Below, piece after piece: positions 51,001 to 64,000 of a DNA stretch of 64,000 nucleotides. The stretch is from contig NC_087446.1 of NCBI RefSeq assembly GCF_036321535.1, positions 61,194,001-61,258,000 of the forward strand, written 5' to 3'. Positions within the stretch are counted from its first letter, which is position 1; every line of letters starts with the position of its first letter. Under the pieces are notes generated by a model. That model was not told the origin of the DNA. It did not search any database and worked only from the letters and a program-made list of their open reading frames with translations. The position numbers and the translations under genes were made by a program. This DNA comes from Camelus dromedarius (Eukaryota).

Positions 51001-52799
51001 GTTTAATTTTACTCTAAGGTTGCTATGTGTTTAAATACATGGAAACCTTCATGACATGAAATTTACAATATTTTACTTACCCTGAAATATTCCGTGATAA
51101 ATATATATTAAGAAACAGTGTTAAAAAACAGTAGAAATTGCATGTTAAATTTATGTTTGAATGTAATGCAAAACCAGCAGGGCCACACAGTATTTTACTT
51201 AAAAATACCCTCATGGTTACCCGTGATAAGGCCCGGTGACAGGCATGATATATGAGAACTGCTACATGAAATCGGTAGACTTCTGACTCAGTCCTACTTT
51301 ATTGCAGACTTGTTCTTTTTTTTTTCTTTTTTTTTTTGGTTTTAAAATGGGCATATTTTCCTAGCTGACATCAAGAAATAAAACCCACCACAAAGAGAAC
51401 TCTTACTCCCCAAGAACTGATGTAAAGCAGCGTACTTCTAGTGGCCACAATGCATCATAAATTCAATACAAATTAGTGGCCATTAAGCCACAAGCTCCCC
51501 ATCATTTGTGTTACAAATGACGCTTAGACACCAGGCATTACTGGAACCACCTTTCATCTGAAGAATGATATTGACATTCTTCAGCCAAAGCACATTAAAA
51601 TGATCCAATGAAACATACCGACTTCAGGAAAGATACAGCATGTTATGCTTGTGGTGAGAGTATTATTTAGATTTCCTGGCAGCAAACCGTTTCTTCCATT
51701 ATAAAAACTACGTTTCTGAGGTAGAAATTAAATATGTCTCGAATCAAAATGACTTTTCAGGAACCTCGTAGTGGCATACTATTTATGCCTTAGCTGTTTG
51801 CCACTTAAATCACAAAGCACACAGAGCGCATTGCAGGTATATTCATGAGCTCTAAAAGACAACTTCGCTTTCATTTGTATATCATGTTTTAAATGGTTTT
51901 CAGGATGATTTAACCATACAGGAAACGCACTGGGCTTTATTACTGGTGTCGTAGAAAAGGAAACTTCCAGCTGAATTTTAAGAAACTAGAGAGTAATGCA
52001 TGAATGTATGAATTTACAGCAATCTGTGAAGATTTTTAAAACATACGATTACAAACCTAATGAAACAGCTTTTCTTAATCTCTCCATAATTTTTCTTTCG
52101 AATATAACATTTGAACAATATCTAATTACATAAATAAAAGGAAGAATTACAATGATCTAAACCATCAACATCCCCAAATCCGCAGAATCAACTGTAATCT
52201 TAAGGAAATTTCAGGACAATTTGTGATTTTAACCGGAATCTCTCAGATTATTGTGTGAATTCCCTCTATAGTCAGAAAGTCCAGTTTGAAGCGAAACAAC
52301 TCACATCATTTGCACGTGGAGGATGTAAAGTCACCCCTTAAGTATGTCTGTTCACCTCCCGGAGCCCTTCTGTGCCTCCTTTCTGTGGCCAACCTCAGGG
52401 ATATTTTTCTCATACAAGTGAGAATAAACTGCATACTTTTTCAACAAAGAACATTTAAAAAGTGATCTTTGCATAACTCTTAAAGAAATCAAGGCCTCAT
52501 CTAACACTCTCTCTTTTGCAAAGCAGACGTTGGCAGGAGGGGTAAGGAGGCCGAGAGCTGAGCAGGCCAGGAGTCTAACTGGATCGAGCTCAAGCATGCG
52601 GTCACTCCAGTGGAGTGAATGGCTGACGAGTTACACACACGGGGAGGGCAGTGTAACACTGCTAAGTGTGCTAAGTGCTAATGAGGCTTCTCTCTAAATA
52701 CATGTGCGTTAGCAGCACTTTTTCAGTGCCGAAGACTTTCACTTTTTTGTTTATTCCATTTGACTTTTCACAACAATCTGCGACAAATTAACATCACTA

Positions 52800-53245
52800 A
52801 AATTGGAGGAAGGCAGTCAAAAATACTAGAACGTGATGTACAATATGATGAATATAATTAACACTACCGTGTGTTAGGGGCAGGTATGGCCCAAGTGGTA
52901 GAGCACACGCTTAGCATGCACAAGGTCCTGGGTTCAATCCCCAGTACCGCCTCTAAAAATAAATAAATGAACCAAGTTACTTCCCACATTCCCTTTCCCC
53001 AGAAAAAGACTGAATTGTTATTTACAAAAAAAAAAAAAAAGGAAAGCTAAGAGAGTAAATCCTAAGAGTTCCCATCACAAGCAAAAGATTTTTTATTTTT
53101 CTTTGTCTCTATATGAGATGATGGATATTGCCTAAAATTACTGTGGTCATCATTGCATGAAATATGTGAGTCAAATCATTATGTTCGTACCCCCTTAAAC
53201 TTACACAGTGTCCTATGTCAGTTATATCTCAATAAAACTGGAAAA
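52800..53245 (+). mobile_element. L1M-type 3' UTR fragment interrupted by the SINE
   Basis: TACAATATGATGAATATAATTAACAC...[SINE]...GCTAAGAGAGTAAATCCTAAGAGTTCCCATCACAA...GTCAGTTATATCTCAATAAAACTGG, typical of an L1MA/MB 3' end. Confidence 0.75.
52877..53040 (+). mobile_element. tRNA-Ala-derived SINE, camelid Vic-1-like, nested in an L1 3' end
   Basis: GGGGCAGGTATGGCCCAAGTGGTAGAGCACACGCTTAGCATGCACAAGGTCCTGGGTTCAATCCCCAGTACC...poly(A); A box 52887-52898, B box GGTTCAATCCC 52931-52941. Confidence 0.88.
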
Positions 53246-53269
53246 TGTTAAAAATGAGTATCCCTCAAA

Positions 53270-53900
53270 AACCATTATTTTACAGTGAACAAAAATTCTC
53301 ACATTGGCTCAAGGACTCACTTGCAATCACACAGCTCCCAGGCGTGAAGCTGAGGTTTGACCCTGTGACTTCTACCTTGAGATGAAATTCTCGTTACAAA
53401 TGCACATAAGGAGGAAACAGTATCTACTTAGGTTTTAGAAGAGCAGCACCCAGTCACTGTCTGAGCACTTTCTGGGCTGGGTGTGCATCACGCGATCTCA
53501 CTGCAAAGAGCCAAGAGCTGCATTCTAACCGCATCACAGATGAAGAAGTCAGGCTCAGACAGTTCAGGTGACTTGCCCGAGGGTCACACGGCTGACCAAC
53601 AGACGAGTAAAGACTAGAATGGAGTCTTTTATTTTAAATCCAAAGTGCTTAGAGAGCCAATGAACTCAAGGATCGGAAAAAATGAGAGAGAACAGTTAAT
53701 GAGACTTGTATCTGGGACTCATCCTGCTGCCGAGGACTTCAAAGCCCTGAGCTCGGGGCTGCGAGGCTGCTGTCCGAGGACCAGTCCTGTGATCTTCTGC
53801 CAGTCATTTAACCTCCTAAACTTCGGTTCTGTAACCTAGAAAACGGTGATCATATCCTTCCTCAAACTCACAAGGTGTCCAAAATTCAAATGCGGTCATT
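53270..53900. mobile_element. Cluster of three MIR fragments (two minus, one plus)
   Basis: ACAGATGAAGAAGTCAGGCTCAGACAGTTCAGGTGACTTGCCCGAGGGTCACACGG (minus core) and GTGATCTTCTGCCAGTCATTTAACCTC (plus core). Confidence 0.6.
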
Positions 53901-56900
53901 AATACACGTTAAAGAAGACTAGACACTTTCGAATGCCCGTCAAATATAAAATGTTACTGTGTTTTTTGTCACTGAAGATTTTCTGGAAAAGTCTCAAAGA
54001 TAGCTTCTTATTTGATTCATACATTTTGAACATACATAAAAGTAAGATGTATATATCTAAACATGTTTGAGCTTGAATATTTTGCATTTAGTTTAATTTG
54101 CAGGGTGTAGTATAAACTATTTATTATATGAAAGGAATTAGGCCAGCTTCCCCACCCCTCCTTTATGCCAAGACACTTGGCATAAAGATATTGAGGACCT
54201 GTGCAGCAGAAATTTAATAAACTTAATTGCTTGAGATTACATTTTCATGATTATTTATTTTGTGGAGTGATGTATTTTCCTCCCCTTTTGTTTCTAATCT
54301 GTTCACAAGGTCTCTATGGGCCTTGGGCTATATGTAGGAAGGCTGGATGGATAGACACTGCTGTAGGTGAACATAGGTGGAGAAGAGACTTCAGAATTTG
54401 AAAATTCCTTGGATCTATTAACAGAGTCATGTGACAGTGGAACAGAAAAGTACTAAACCATCTCCTTCTGAAAAGCATTTCGAGAGAGCATTGCTGAGCA
54501 CAGAAATGCCACCTGGAATCCGAATACTTCTCTTAATACATCAGGAAAAGAAAAAGTAAAATATATGGACTTTGCCCCGAAACTTAGGCATAACGTTCTC
54601 TGTAATGTGGCCATCAATGTAGTGCTCTTTAGCTAAGACATTCTTGTGTCTTTTGGTAACTTCCTTGGTTTATTAAATACTATCGCTCTTTGCTTTACTC
54701 GTAATTCACTAATTTGCACCTAACGCAACAGCGAGTCTAACACATACTTACATGCTGACAGATCTAATCCTCACAGCTAAAACATATTTATATACTAGCC
54801 CAGAAATAGGGGACATTTTGGAAACTCCTGCAGTTTATCGTTTCAGGAGCTGTGTTTCCTGGTTATTTCCAATTTTAGTGGCTCCAATATTTTAGCGCAA
54901 ATGAGACTATCCATGTGGATGCGACTAAAAGATTGAGTTCTTTCTGGTAGGTAGTGCTGACAGAGACAGGCCTAAGTAAATGAGGGAGGATTTTTTTTTT
55001 TTTTTCCTTTTGTAATAGTAGCCCAAAGAACACTGACAACAGTAAGGAAACGTGGTGGCAGTAAGTGGTGTGAGCACCTGCGAGGTAAGGCTTCGATCAT
55101 TCCCAGAAGGCGTGGAACTAACGGTTGAGAACCTCTGTCCTAAAATTTCAATCCAAATTCCCACAAGTGCCTGGGTCCCAGCTGACATCTCTGTAGACAA
55201 TGCAAAGTCTATTTGTGAAATGTGAAAGCTGGCAGGCCACCTACTACAACAAAAGTAGATCCCCAATGACTATCCATTGTTTCAGAGAATGAATCTCTTC
55301 CCAACAGACTTCTAACTCTTCCCGCAGGAGCAGGCAACCAGCAGCGCTACCCAGGCACTGAAGTCAGCTACGGTGTCAGCAAGCCTCCCGTGCCACTTGG
55401 AAGCTATGCTGAGCTTGTCCTGAACCATCGTTCCGCCTTCAGATGCCTACTTTTGATCCGGCCAAGTTTAAGTGACGAATAGCAACTTGGTTTAGGTGAA
55501 ACGTTAATGAAACCAATCTGTTTACAAGGTGAGGCTCCACGCCCCCGTTACATGATTATTTTAAAACTCGTAAAGGCATGTGATTATTAAGACCTTTTAT
55601 CTAGAAAAGTCTTCAACGTAACTAGGATGGAAAAAAAAAAAGCTGGACTTCTTCTAGACAAAGGTGAGTCATCAAAGCTTTGGTGTTCACAGATAATTAA
55701 AGAATTAAGGCTATAAAATTATAATCAAATGAGGAGAATAAAAATATCAAATGAATAATCACATGGGAATTAGAAAATGACATTTGATAAAAAGAGACAA
55801 GAGAGAGACAGAGAGAGAGTGAAGACACCAATTTCCCAAACAATTATTTTTCTTCTTTTGTCCCAGAGGACTTACGTGAAGTAAAAAATCATAAAGAGAT
55901 GATGGGAACAGGAAGGGAAGTACTCACTTGGCCTGCCTGGTAATCAACATGGTAAGTTATAATACAAATAGATACCCTCGCCTCCTGTGGGTTTTCTGAC
56001 ACTGTATAGATTTTAACAGTAAGCTTAATATTAAGAACAATGACTTTAATGGGAAAACTGGGTAATTATGAATTTAATTATCCAAACCGCGCACAGACGT
56101 GACTAATGAGAATGTGTTGAGTATCCAGTGGCGACACATACGGGGCATGACTTCAACTTAATGGCACCGCTAATAGTCTGACGTGGACAAGCACTCTGCA
56201 ATTTCTAATTTACAGAAGTAAATTAAGAGGCAAAAGTTCAGACAAAAATCCCAAACATCTAAGTAGGGCATGTTTCTATTTGATATTTCCTTATTTCAGA
56301 AGCTGGTAAATTTTCAGAATTTTTAGGTTTCTGTTTTCTTGTATAATATAAAAACAAAAGGACGTCCCAATGTGTAGAAGTGCGTGTTCCTTCAGGGTGG
56401 AAGACGGCTGAATATCGCCCCACAGATCTCACGATGTGGTATTCATGATCTCAGACCCTACTGATGGTGGGCTCTGGGTCTGGTAGGCTCAAAGACTATT
56501 TTTGCCAGCAATCTAGAGCATATCCATCTCCTCCGGGCAAACTCATACTGACCATCCACCGTGCAGGTTCAAGTCACTCTTATTTATTGACAGACTGTTA
56601 CAGAGCTAAAGAGCTGCTTGCAGCCACCAGGCATATACCTTGCGTAGCTAAGAGGAGACTATGCAGTGGGCGCCACCATGTCACCAGAGGAGACACTCAG
56701 GAACAGAGAACTAGAATGAGTGAGTGCCCACGCCCTCCTATCGGCCCAGCTAGCCTCACTGTATACTTCAAATTCCTGTCCATCCTGATCAGCCCAGCGG
56801 GCACCTCTCACATCCCTTCTGCTCTATCAGATCCGTCACCCAGTGCTCCCTAGTTTCCGCCTTTCTGCTGCGCACTCTGGAGCGCCCATTCTCTTGTTTG

Positions 56901-56949
56901 CTTTTTGTTGGTTCGGCTTTTTTGAGTGTCACGGCTGTTCCGTGATAAA

Positions 56950-58200
56950 CTGCTTCCCCTGATGCCCTTTCAGCTAGAAGCCGCTTTCTCTCTCAACCAA
57001 GCACTCAGGCCCGCGAGGCGCACACACGTCCTCCCTGGTTCCTATCAGCCTCGAAACTCGACCCACCTTTGCCCTTCCTTGGATAAACCTTCTGCTTCTC
57101 TGAAGCTGTTTCCATCGAGTTATAGCAGCCTCTCCAGCCTTCTCTTTGCTCTTGTCTTTTGGCACATGGATCTTACCCACCGTCACGGCTGGCTCGTGGC
57201 TGAGTCGGTCTCTGCTTCACTGCCAGCCATTTCTCTTGAGGACATCAGTATACACACGGCTTTGCAGTTCCTTGACCTTTTTTATTTCCTCTGATCTTTT
57301 GGCTTTTCTTNNNNNNNNNNNNNNNNNNNNNNNNNNNNNNNNNNNNNNNNNNNNNNNNNNNNNNNNNNNNNNNNNNNNNNNNNNNNNNNNNNNNNNNNNN
57401 NNNNNNNNNNNNNNNNNNNNNNNNNNNNNNNNNNNNNNNNNNNNNCAATGATGCACTTAATGGTGATGAACTGAAACTTGTCATCAACCAATACAGCGCT
57501 TCCTTCCCCCTCAATTCAAATGTAAACATCCCGCTCACCAACTCACTCTCACTCCTGCTATTAACAATTTCTCAGTCTTATCAACGTCTCCAATCCATAG
57601 ACGCTACTTTTCCCCCTCTATCCTCCAACATTTTGCAAGCTCTCTACATTTCTTTCCCTTGCAGAACTTAAATTGGATGGCTGCTGCTTATAACAGCTCC
57701 TTCGACAGCACCCTTGCGTCATTTACTCCTTTGCCCGTAATGTCATCTGGAAAATACCTGAGGATGAGCTCGTGCGTATCCCCCTTCCCACACCTACACT
57801 GAAGATCTGAGAACTGCTGCAGAAAAGGCGTAAACCTGTCTTGACTGGTGCCTTTCAGTTTCACGATCACAAGCTTCAGATGGCGTCTCAGCAGTGTCCC
57901 AATACTGCCGTAGTATTTTTCTAGCAATCCCGCTTTGCCACTGTTTCAGAATTCACACACCACACCCTCTGCCCTCGGAACACCTGTCCTCCCTCCTCTG
58001 GTACCAACCTCCCCACAGTCAGCCTATGGAGACCAGAGAAGTTGCACCAGAGAGTAACTCACCTTTTCATGTCTAAAGACCCCACTCGACTTAAACACGC
58101 TCTCCTATTCCTTCTCAATGCAACATTTATACCCACCTCTCATTTTCAATGATCTTTCTAACAAAAGCATAACACTCAGTATCGGCTAAAGTTCCTTCAC
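56950..58200 (+). mobile_element. L2 ORF2 remnant (endonuclease region), split by an assembly gap
   Basis: Translation PAISLEDISIH...ALQFLDL resembles the L2 endonuclease motif IILGDFNIH...SQFLDL; C/T-rich L2-like composition continues after the gap. Confidence 0.6.
57311..57445. other. Assembly gap (135 N)
   Basis: Run of N. Confidence 1.
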
Positions 58201-59809
58201 CACCGGACAGTGTTGGATAGACACTGGCAGGTTTGGCCTCAGGACCTCTCCTTACAATAATTCTTCTTATTAAATGAATTTAGCACGATTACTGCAGCCC
58301 TCGACTTCCTTTCTTATTAAGATGACTTTGCATATCTCCGTTCTTACGCACTGGCCGTAAAGTACATGTCTCTGGACAATCTTATTTCTGAGTACTGTAT
58401 CACATCAAGCTCCCAAATTTTTTTTCAGAGACGTAAGTAATGATTACTGATTGGTGAGTATGAGGAGGGGCTGAATTGAGGGTACTAGGTCTTAGGACAG
58501 GAAAATGAGACAGAGCATACCCTGTACCATCACAGCCAGACACCCTGACAGCCCGAAGACGGAGGATCCAAGACTAGAAATCAGGTTTCCTGGTGCCCAG
58601 TTGGGTACCCTTTTAATTTTTCAACGTCATTTACTAACTTGCTCACTATTAACATAGTCATGAAAATCTAGTGGATCAGAAATTGGTCGATAATATGTAA
58701 GACCATTCAATTTGGTATCAAGCTACTTAAAGGGCAGTGAGAACAATGATAAAGAACATAGTTCTTGAAATCAGTATCTTTTCCCCTCTCTTTGTTTTTG
58801 ATCTCTCTACCTTTTCTTTCCTTTCTATCTTTTAAACTGGAGCATCTACTCAAAAGCCATATGCTTAATATGTCTTTCAATCTATCAATCTGTATATAAA
58901 ACTTCACATATTCTGCTTTCAAAACAGTAAAAATAATAGTTACAAAACACTCTTTGGTCAATTGGAAATAGCTTTAGATACCAAAGACCTTTCCCTAGAG
59001 TTTCAAGTTGCTTTTATTTTCTCCATTAATGCCGCTGGAATTTAGGGTAACCTTCAGGCAATAGTGGGTCCCAGGCCACCCAAATTAGCCACACGTACTC
59101 ATTCCTTCCTATAACTGAGATAACGTTCAACATGGTCAGGTGAAAAATTAGATTCAGGGGGAAAATGCTTCCGAACTCTACCCAGTAACTGATGGTTCTG
59201 ATCCCTTCCTTATATCCTGAGCTTTATTGGGATGGGTTAGTTCACATTCTCTCTGTGGTCTGTGGAGACCACACCAAACACAACGTGATAACTTGAGTCA
59301 CCTCTCTGAAAAGAAAGATGTTATGTTTTGAACGGTGCAAGTCAACTGTCAACACTCAAAAAATAAATTACAATAATAAGAGCAAGTAGGAGGCAGTTCA
59401 GGGAGGGAAAAGTGAAATGTCTAAAAGGCTAAGGGACTGATTTATGAGCGATGATTAAGAGGACGAAAGATGGGTAGCTCGATCACACAGCACTAAGGGG
59501 GGTGATGGAACAACAGCTCTTATTTTTTGAAAGGTTTAAACATATTTAAAGGTAAAAGCATGTCTTACTCGTCAAGTAGGATAATAATAATCACAATATA
59601 GCTGACATTTCTTCAGCACAGTTTTCAAAATACATGTGACATATCTCAGAGTATAATTAGCCAGTACAGGAATTATTTGAAATCCATGAAACATGTTTTT
59701 GGTGGTGAAATAATTTGACCAAGGAGAGTCATTTCCAATGGAAGAACGTTCTTACTATTTTTCAACAGGGAGATTGGCCTAAGAAGGAGAAATGATCCTG
59801 AAGGCATGG

Positions 59810-59960
59810 AAGGTGACACCACAAGAGCCTGGAAGTCAGAAGCAGAAGTCCTCGTCCCACCACGGCTACCCTCTCTGGCTTTTGGAAAACTCACACATTT
59901 CTTGGTCTGTTTCTCATCTGTAACGAAAAGCAGCAGCAGAGTAAAAGGACCTTCCTTCAC
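59810..59960 (+). mobile_element. MIR SINE
   Basis: GAGCCTGGAAGTCAGAAG...CTGTTTCTCATCTGTAA. Confidence 0.55.
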
Positions 59961-61734
59961 TTTGTAAAGGCTATAAACTCATGCAACTATGAGTCAAAGT
60001 GTGAAATGTTTCTTGAAATAATATTAAATTATATGGAGTCGGAAGTGGATTTTAGCTGTTGAATGTTTAGCGTTCAGTGGTAAACTGCACTGAGAACATG
60101 ACATGAAGAACTCATTAGCAACCTCCTGCCTATTTAGTCATGAATACGAGCAAAGAATTATTCCCTTATCGCTGTAATTAAATATGGATGCATTCTTGAG
60201 GAAAAGTATTTATTCAACGATATTTCTGGAGATACACTATTATTCTTTGGCCCTGGAATTTCACTAGCTATCATCTTTAAAGCAATTTATTACACAGGAG
60301 GAAGTATCCTACACTTTGCATAACTCATCCAATTTACTGATATTTTCATGAACAAAAAATGTTCTATTATCAGCTTCATTTCACAGGCAAAAAACTTACA
60401 TGGAACTTTCTGTTACTATTTAACTCAAATGCAGAAATTTCATCTTCTTCTCCCTTATAAAGAAATTTTCCTAAAATGCAAAAAAAAAAAAAACCCCACC
60501 ATCTCTTTACATATACTTTTAATGAAAATATCCTGATGACATTATTAACTACTTGTAATGCCCCATGTAATTAAATTACAGAGTCACACTTATGTCTTTA
60601 ATTCTAGCCACACCCCCCCTTTTTTTTTGCAGCTTGATAATTATCTCAGATAGTCATCTGCAAGCACCCAGCTGGTACCAGCAAGTCTATTACAAGTTCT
60701 ATCATATAAAACACAACATATATTCACTTGGGAAGTAACAAATCAGATTAGCAAGTTCAAATATAGTTCTTTTCTATCTGTCTATAATTGTCATAAAAAA
60801 TCTGAAGACGAAACTCAAGAAAGATTTCAAATGTGTTTTTTTACGTGCCTTGTCAATATTAATGTTACGGTTCTTATTTAATAATTGTATCTTCTTCTTT
60901 CCTTATGGATGCATGCGTGCACCTGAAAACTGATACTGAACTACGACACCGAGCTCAGCTTTCAGGGGAGACACCTGATATGTGCTTTGGCTGATGTGAA
61001 AGGTGAAACAGCAACCCGCTTCACCACATTAACAGGACTGTCACCGAATCCCCAGCACAAGAATGAGAGGAACACAAAAGCTGTACTGAGGATCTAAAGG
61101 AATTCGCTCTGCACTTCCATGGCCTTTCAGGTTTTTCTGCTCTACAATTTCCTTAGAAAGTGTATATGATTGCTTATGGAGCTAATGAGGAGTCAGTAAC
61201 ATTAAAATCGTATAGCTAGATATCTATGAAACAGACATTATCTGTAATACATTTTGATCTCCACAATTACATTTTTCATTGTCAGTTTTTATAACCTGCA
61301 TGCCTGTTGAGAAATGAAGAAGAAAAAGGATTTGTAAAACATTCACTAACTACAAGCGGGGAAATGCTTCTTATATACATAAAAAGGCAGTGGCAATTTT
61401 TAAAAAAGCAATACAAACGGGAACAACAGTTGAAACCAACTACAATTTTAGAAATTTGTGACAGAATGTAGCTGAAGGACGTTCAGAATTTATAAGAGCA
61501 TTTTCCGTAAATTTACACTGTGACCTCGTAATCTCACACAAAGTCACGTTATGCAATGCTTTACACACTCAACTGTCCCACCTTTCCACGTTTTATGTTA
61601 TGGGAATGAGTTAATTTCGAATATGGTCTCTGCTGACATTATACAAAAATGCCGACTCTTACTAAACATTTCAAATCCTCTCTGTCCTCCAGGAAGTCTT
61701 GCTGTTCCCCTTTATGCCAACGATTCCTTTGACC

Positions 61735-61945
61735 ACAGTAAGGCTGCCTTTTATTTCTTTTCTCTGCCCTCATATAGCTGTCATTAGAAGAATCACACAG
61801 ATTTAATAATTTCTACTTCTCATTTTTCCTAACTGGATGGAGCTCCTTGTCAGGGACCATGTCTCTTTTTCACTTTGGGGCATCAATATCTAGCTTAATT
61901 CCTGGTACATAGAAGAGCTCAATACATGTTGTTAAGTGAAAGAAG
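61735..61945 (+). mobile_element. L2 3' end fragment
   Basis: GAGCTCCTTGTCAGGGACCATGTC...CCTGGTACATAGAAGAGCTCAATACATGTTG. Confidence 0.65.
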
Positions 61946-62196
61946 AAAATATGAAAAGAGGCATTTGGGTTCTGAGAAAGTAAGTAACCCTGAAAAAAAT
62001 CACACAGCACTGAGCAGCATAGCCAGAAAGAGAACCCAGTCTTTCCTAGCCAATTTTATGATGATTACAATAATTTTGAAAATGGTCCATTTGTTCATTC
62101 CTTCAAGATGTTAAGCATCTCGTATGTGCCAGGGGCTACCCCTGCTCTCATGAGGTTTATATTCCAGTCGGCGGTTGAAAGTTTACCCTGGAAACC

Positions 62197-62403
62197 TGCA
62201 CCGCCCAGTAGGGTAGCCATTAACCAACTGAGGCCTTTACAATTTTAAATTAAAATAAAATACAATAAAATTTCAATTCCTTTGTCAAACTAAATTCACA
62301 TCAGGTGTCCAAGAGCCACCTGTGGCTAGTAGATGACGTATATTGGACAATCAGATCTAAAGGACATTTGTATCGTCACAGAAAGCTCTAGAGCAGAGCA
62401 CCG
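62197..62403 (-). mobile_element. MER33-like hAT-Charlie MITE
   Basis: CTGCACCGCCCAGTAGGGTAGCCA...GAGCCACCTGTGGCTAGT...TATTGGACAA...CGTCACAGAAAGCTCTA. Confidence 0.7.
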
Positions 62404-63049
62404 TTCCAACAAAAACTAAGTAATAGTGACAAGCACGACAGTGGGGGAACATCGTGCAAACAAAGAGGACAGAACTGTGTGGATGTAATGCTGAAACGCT
62501 GGACAGGAGCTCTAGACGGCCTCTGTCTTTTCTGTTATAACAAAGTATCTGGGTTGGAATCCACAATGCTCTCCAATTTTGTGGAGGAAACACAAAAGCT
62601 TCCAGGGGATAGAAAACGTGCTTCAACTGGAAACAGGACATTCCCAGGCCTACCCGCCTTCAAAGTTATACCTTCCCCTCTGTTACTTGAGTGACAGAAG
62701 ACGTTCATACTAACATGACCGGTCCTTGTCAAGAACAGGAAGGTATTATTTCTCTGGGCATGACAACTCATTATGCCTTCACAGGACTGCGTCCTATTTC
62801 AAGGAAACACAGACCCAGTTCATGAATGTGTGCTATAAGGGAAAAACATGACCTAATAAGAAATTTTAGTCTACTATGAATACGTGAATAACAGTCACGC
62901 AAGAAAACGCCACACTAGGACAGACCTGCTCTCCTTCCAATTCTGTATTCTTTTGACAGTGATGCCGTCACGCACTTGATGGAATACGTGGCTTTTGCAC
63001 ATTTACCCCAAACTGGAGATCAGGGGGAAAAAGATAAGGTTCTTGTATC

Positions 63050-63240
63050 ACTAAAGCAGAAGCGTGAACAGAAATAAGAGCCCCAAAGCCAGACAGACCA
63101 AGGTATGGGCCCTGCTTCCAGCATTCCCTTGAAAGAGCAACACGCTATCTTCGCACGTTCACAGCTCAGCAACCCCAATGAGGGCGACCTGGTGCAGAGT
63201 ACTTATTAAATACCTTTGTTTCCTTTTATAGCTAGATCTA
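63050..63240 (+). mobile_element. MIR SINE
   Basis: GAGCCCCAAAGCCAGACAGACC...ACCTGGTGCAGAGTACTTATTAAATA. Confidence 0.45.
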
Positions 63241-64000
63241 TCACTCATGAATTTATCTAAAACTTGGTTCTGTTTAAAATTTTGGCTTAATTCGTTCTTT
63301 ATTGGGATTGCAAATTCTATTGGATTATCATTCTCCTAAAAATTTCTTTTTCAGGCTGTCTTGGGCCCTCTTTTTCCTTCTCCTCTCTCACGGCAATTCC
63401 AACATTGTGGAATTTAATTCCATCTATCGACATAATCCATACCCTTCAAGACTTCATACTGTTTTATTATCTCTCTTCTTAGGCTTGGTATTTCCACTGT
63501 ATAAAGACAAAATCTGATTTGTCTGTTTTGGAAGAAGAGATGGTCTCTACTTCAGAAACAAACACAGACTCACAAATATGTTTCCGATCCTTTCAGCTTC
63601 TGTTTTGAATTTTCTCTGGCTGCATTATGTTACCAAGGATGATGCTCACTTGGGGTACATATTGTGATAAAATCTGTTCAGACAATATGCAGCCACTCAG
63701 CAGAAGACGATGACACACACGGCTCGTCTGCACTTACAAGGTTTTGTGCCACATTCCTCCCACGTGAGGTAGCTTTTCTCAGACTATTGCACTGCAAAAG
63801 CCAAGAAATGAGAGGAAAGAAACCTAGACTCTAGAACATTAAGCCTGGACTAACGCTAAAACATCTAATTTAGATATTGTCTAGAAGAAAGATAGGCAAA
63901 GTGTGGTCACAGTAATAGAAAAATGGGTCTTTTTTTCCCCTTACTTCTACAATTCTTTTAGGTTGAAATCAAAGGCAAAGTTAGTTTTATCATATAACAC

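Larger units (their letters stand above)
33563..64000 (-). other. SLC16A7: Large SLC16A7 intron upstream of the 144-nt exon, open at the window end
   Basis: No N-terminal MCT2 sequence (PPDGGWGW motif) is encoded in 33563-64000; the region is intronic repeats and unique DNA. Confidence 0.8.

Noticed and set aside
52877-52950. Possible tRNA-Ala(AGC) gene
   Set aside because: Acceptor and T stems are mismatched, and it continues into a SINE body and poly(A); it is a SINE head, as is the copy at 2183-2317.
55310-55535. Possible antisense exon (CTAAC...TCTTCCCGCAG acceptor; AAG|GTGAGG donor)
   Set aside because: Splice-like motifs occur often by chance; no ORF, partner exon or other support.
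56464-57294. 129-aa and 122-aa plus-strand ORFs
   Set aside because: Non-ATG or weak starts; the second is explained by degenerate L2 endonuclease sequence.
33563-64000. Search for the SLC16A7 ATG exon, a nested gene, snRNA/rRNA copies, a processed pseudogene or a NUMT
   Set aside because: None recognised by eye; the remaining 60-110 aa ORFs are low-complexity or repeat-derived and lack protein-like features.

Overview
Mammalian genomic DNA, AT-rich, with two short assembly gaps (12986-13131 and 57311-57445). It carries the 3' part of SLC16A7 (monocarboxylate transporter 2, MCT2) on the minus strand. Three coding exons are present (33419-33562, 144 nt; 29399-30217, 819 nt; 25928-26265, 338 nt including stop), all with GT-AG junctions and phase 1. 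The ATG exon is not in the window and must lie beyond position 64000, after an intron of more than 30 kb. Two tRNA-Ala-like SINEs resembling camelid Vic-1, with no recognisable ruminant Bov-type repeats, suggest a camelid genome (inference). The rest is old mammalian repeats (L2, MIR, L1, ERVL/MaLR LTRs, Tigger and hAT DNA transposons), named from recalled consensus sequences and with approximate boundaries. The most unusual observation is an in-frame, diverged tandem duplication (81 nt + 75 nt, about 79% identical) in the last coding exon that lengthens the MCT2 cytoplasmic tail by about 27 aa while keeping the terminal ERETNI. Also notable: candidate proximal (about 0.57 kb) and distal (about 9.6 kb) polyadenylation sites bracketing many miRNA seed matches, and a strong extended CTCF motif in the last intron. 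I found no evidence for a wholly new multi-gene system.
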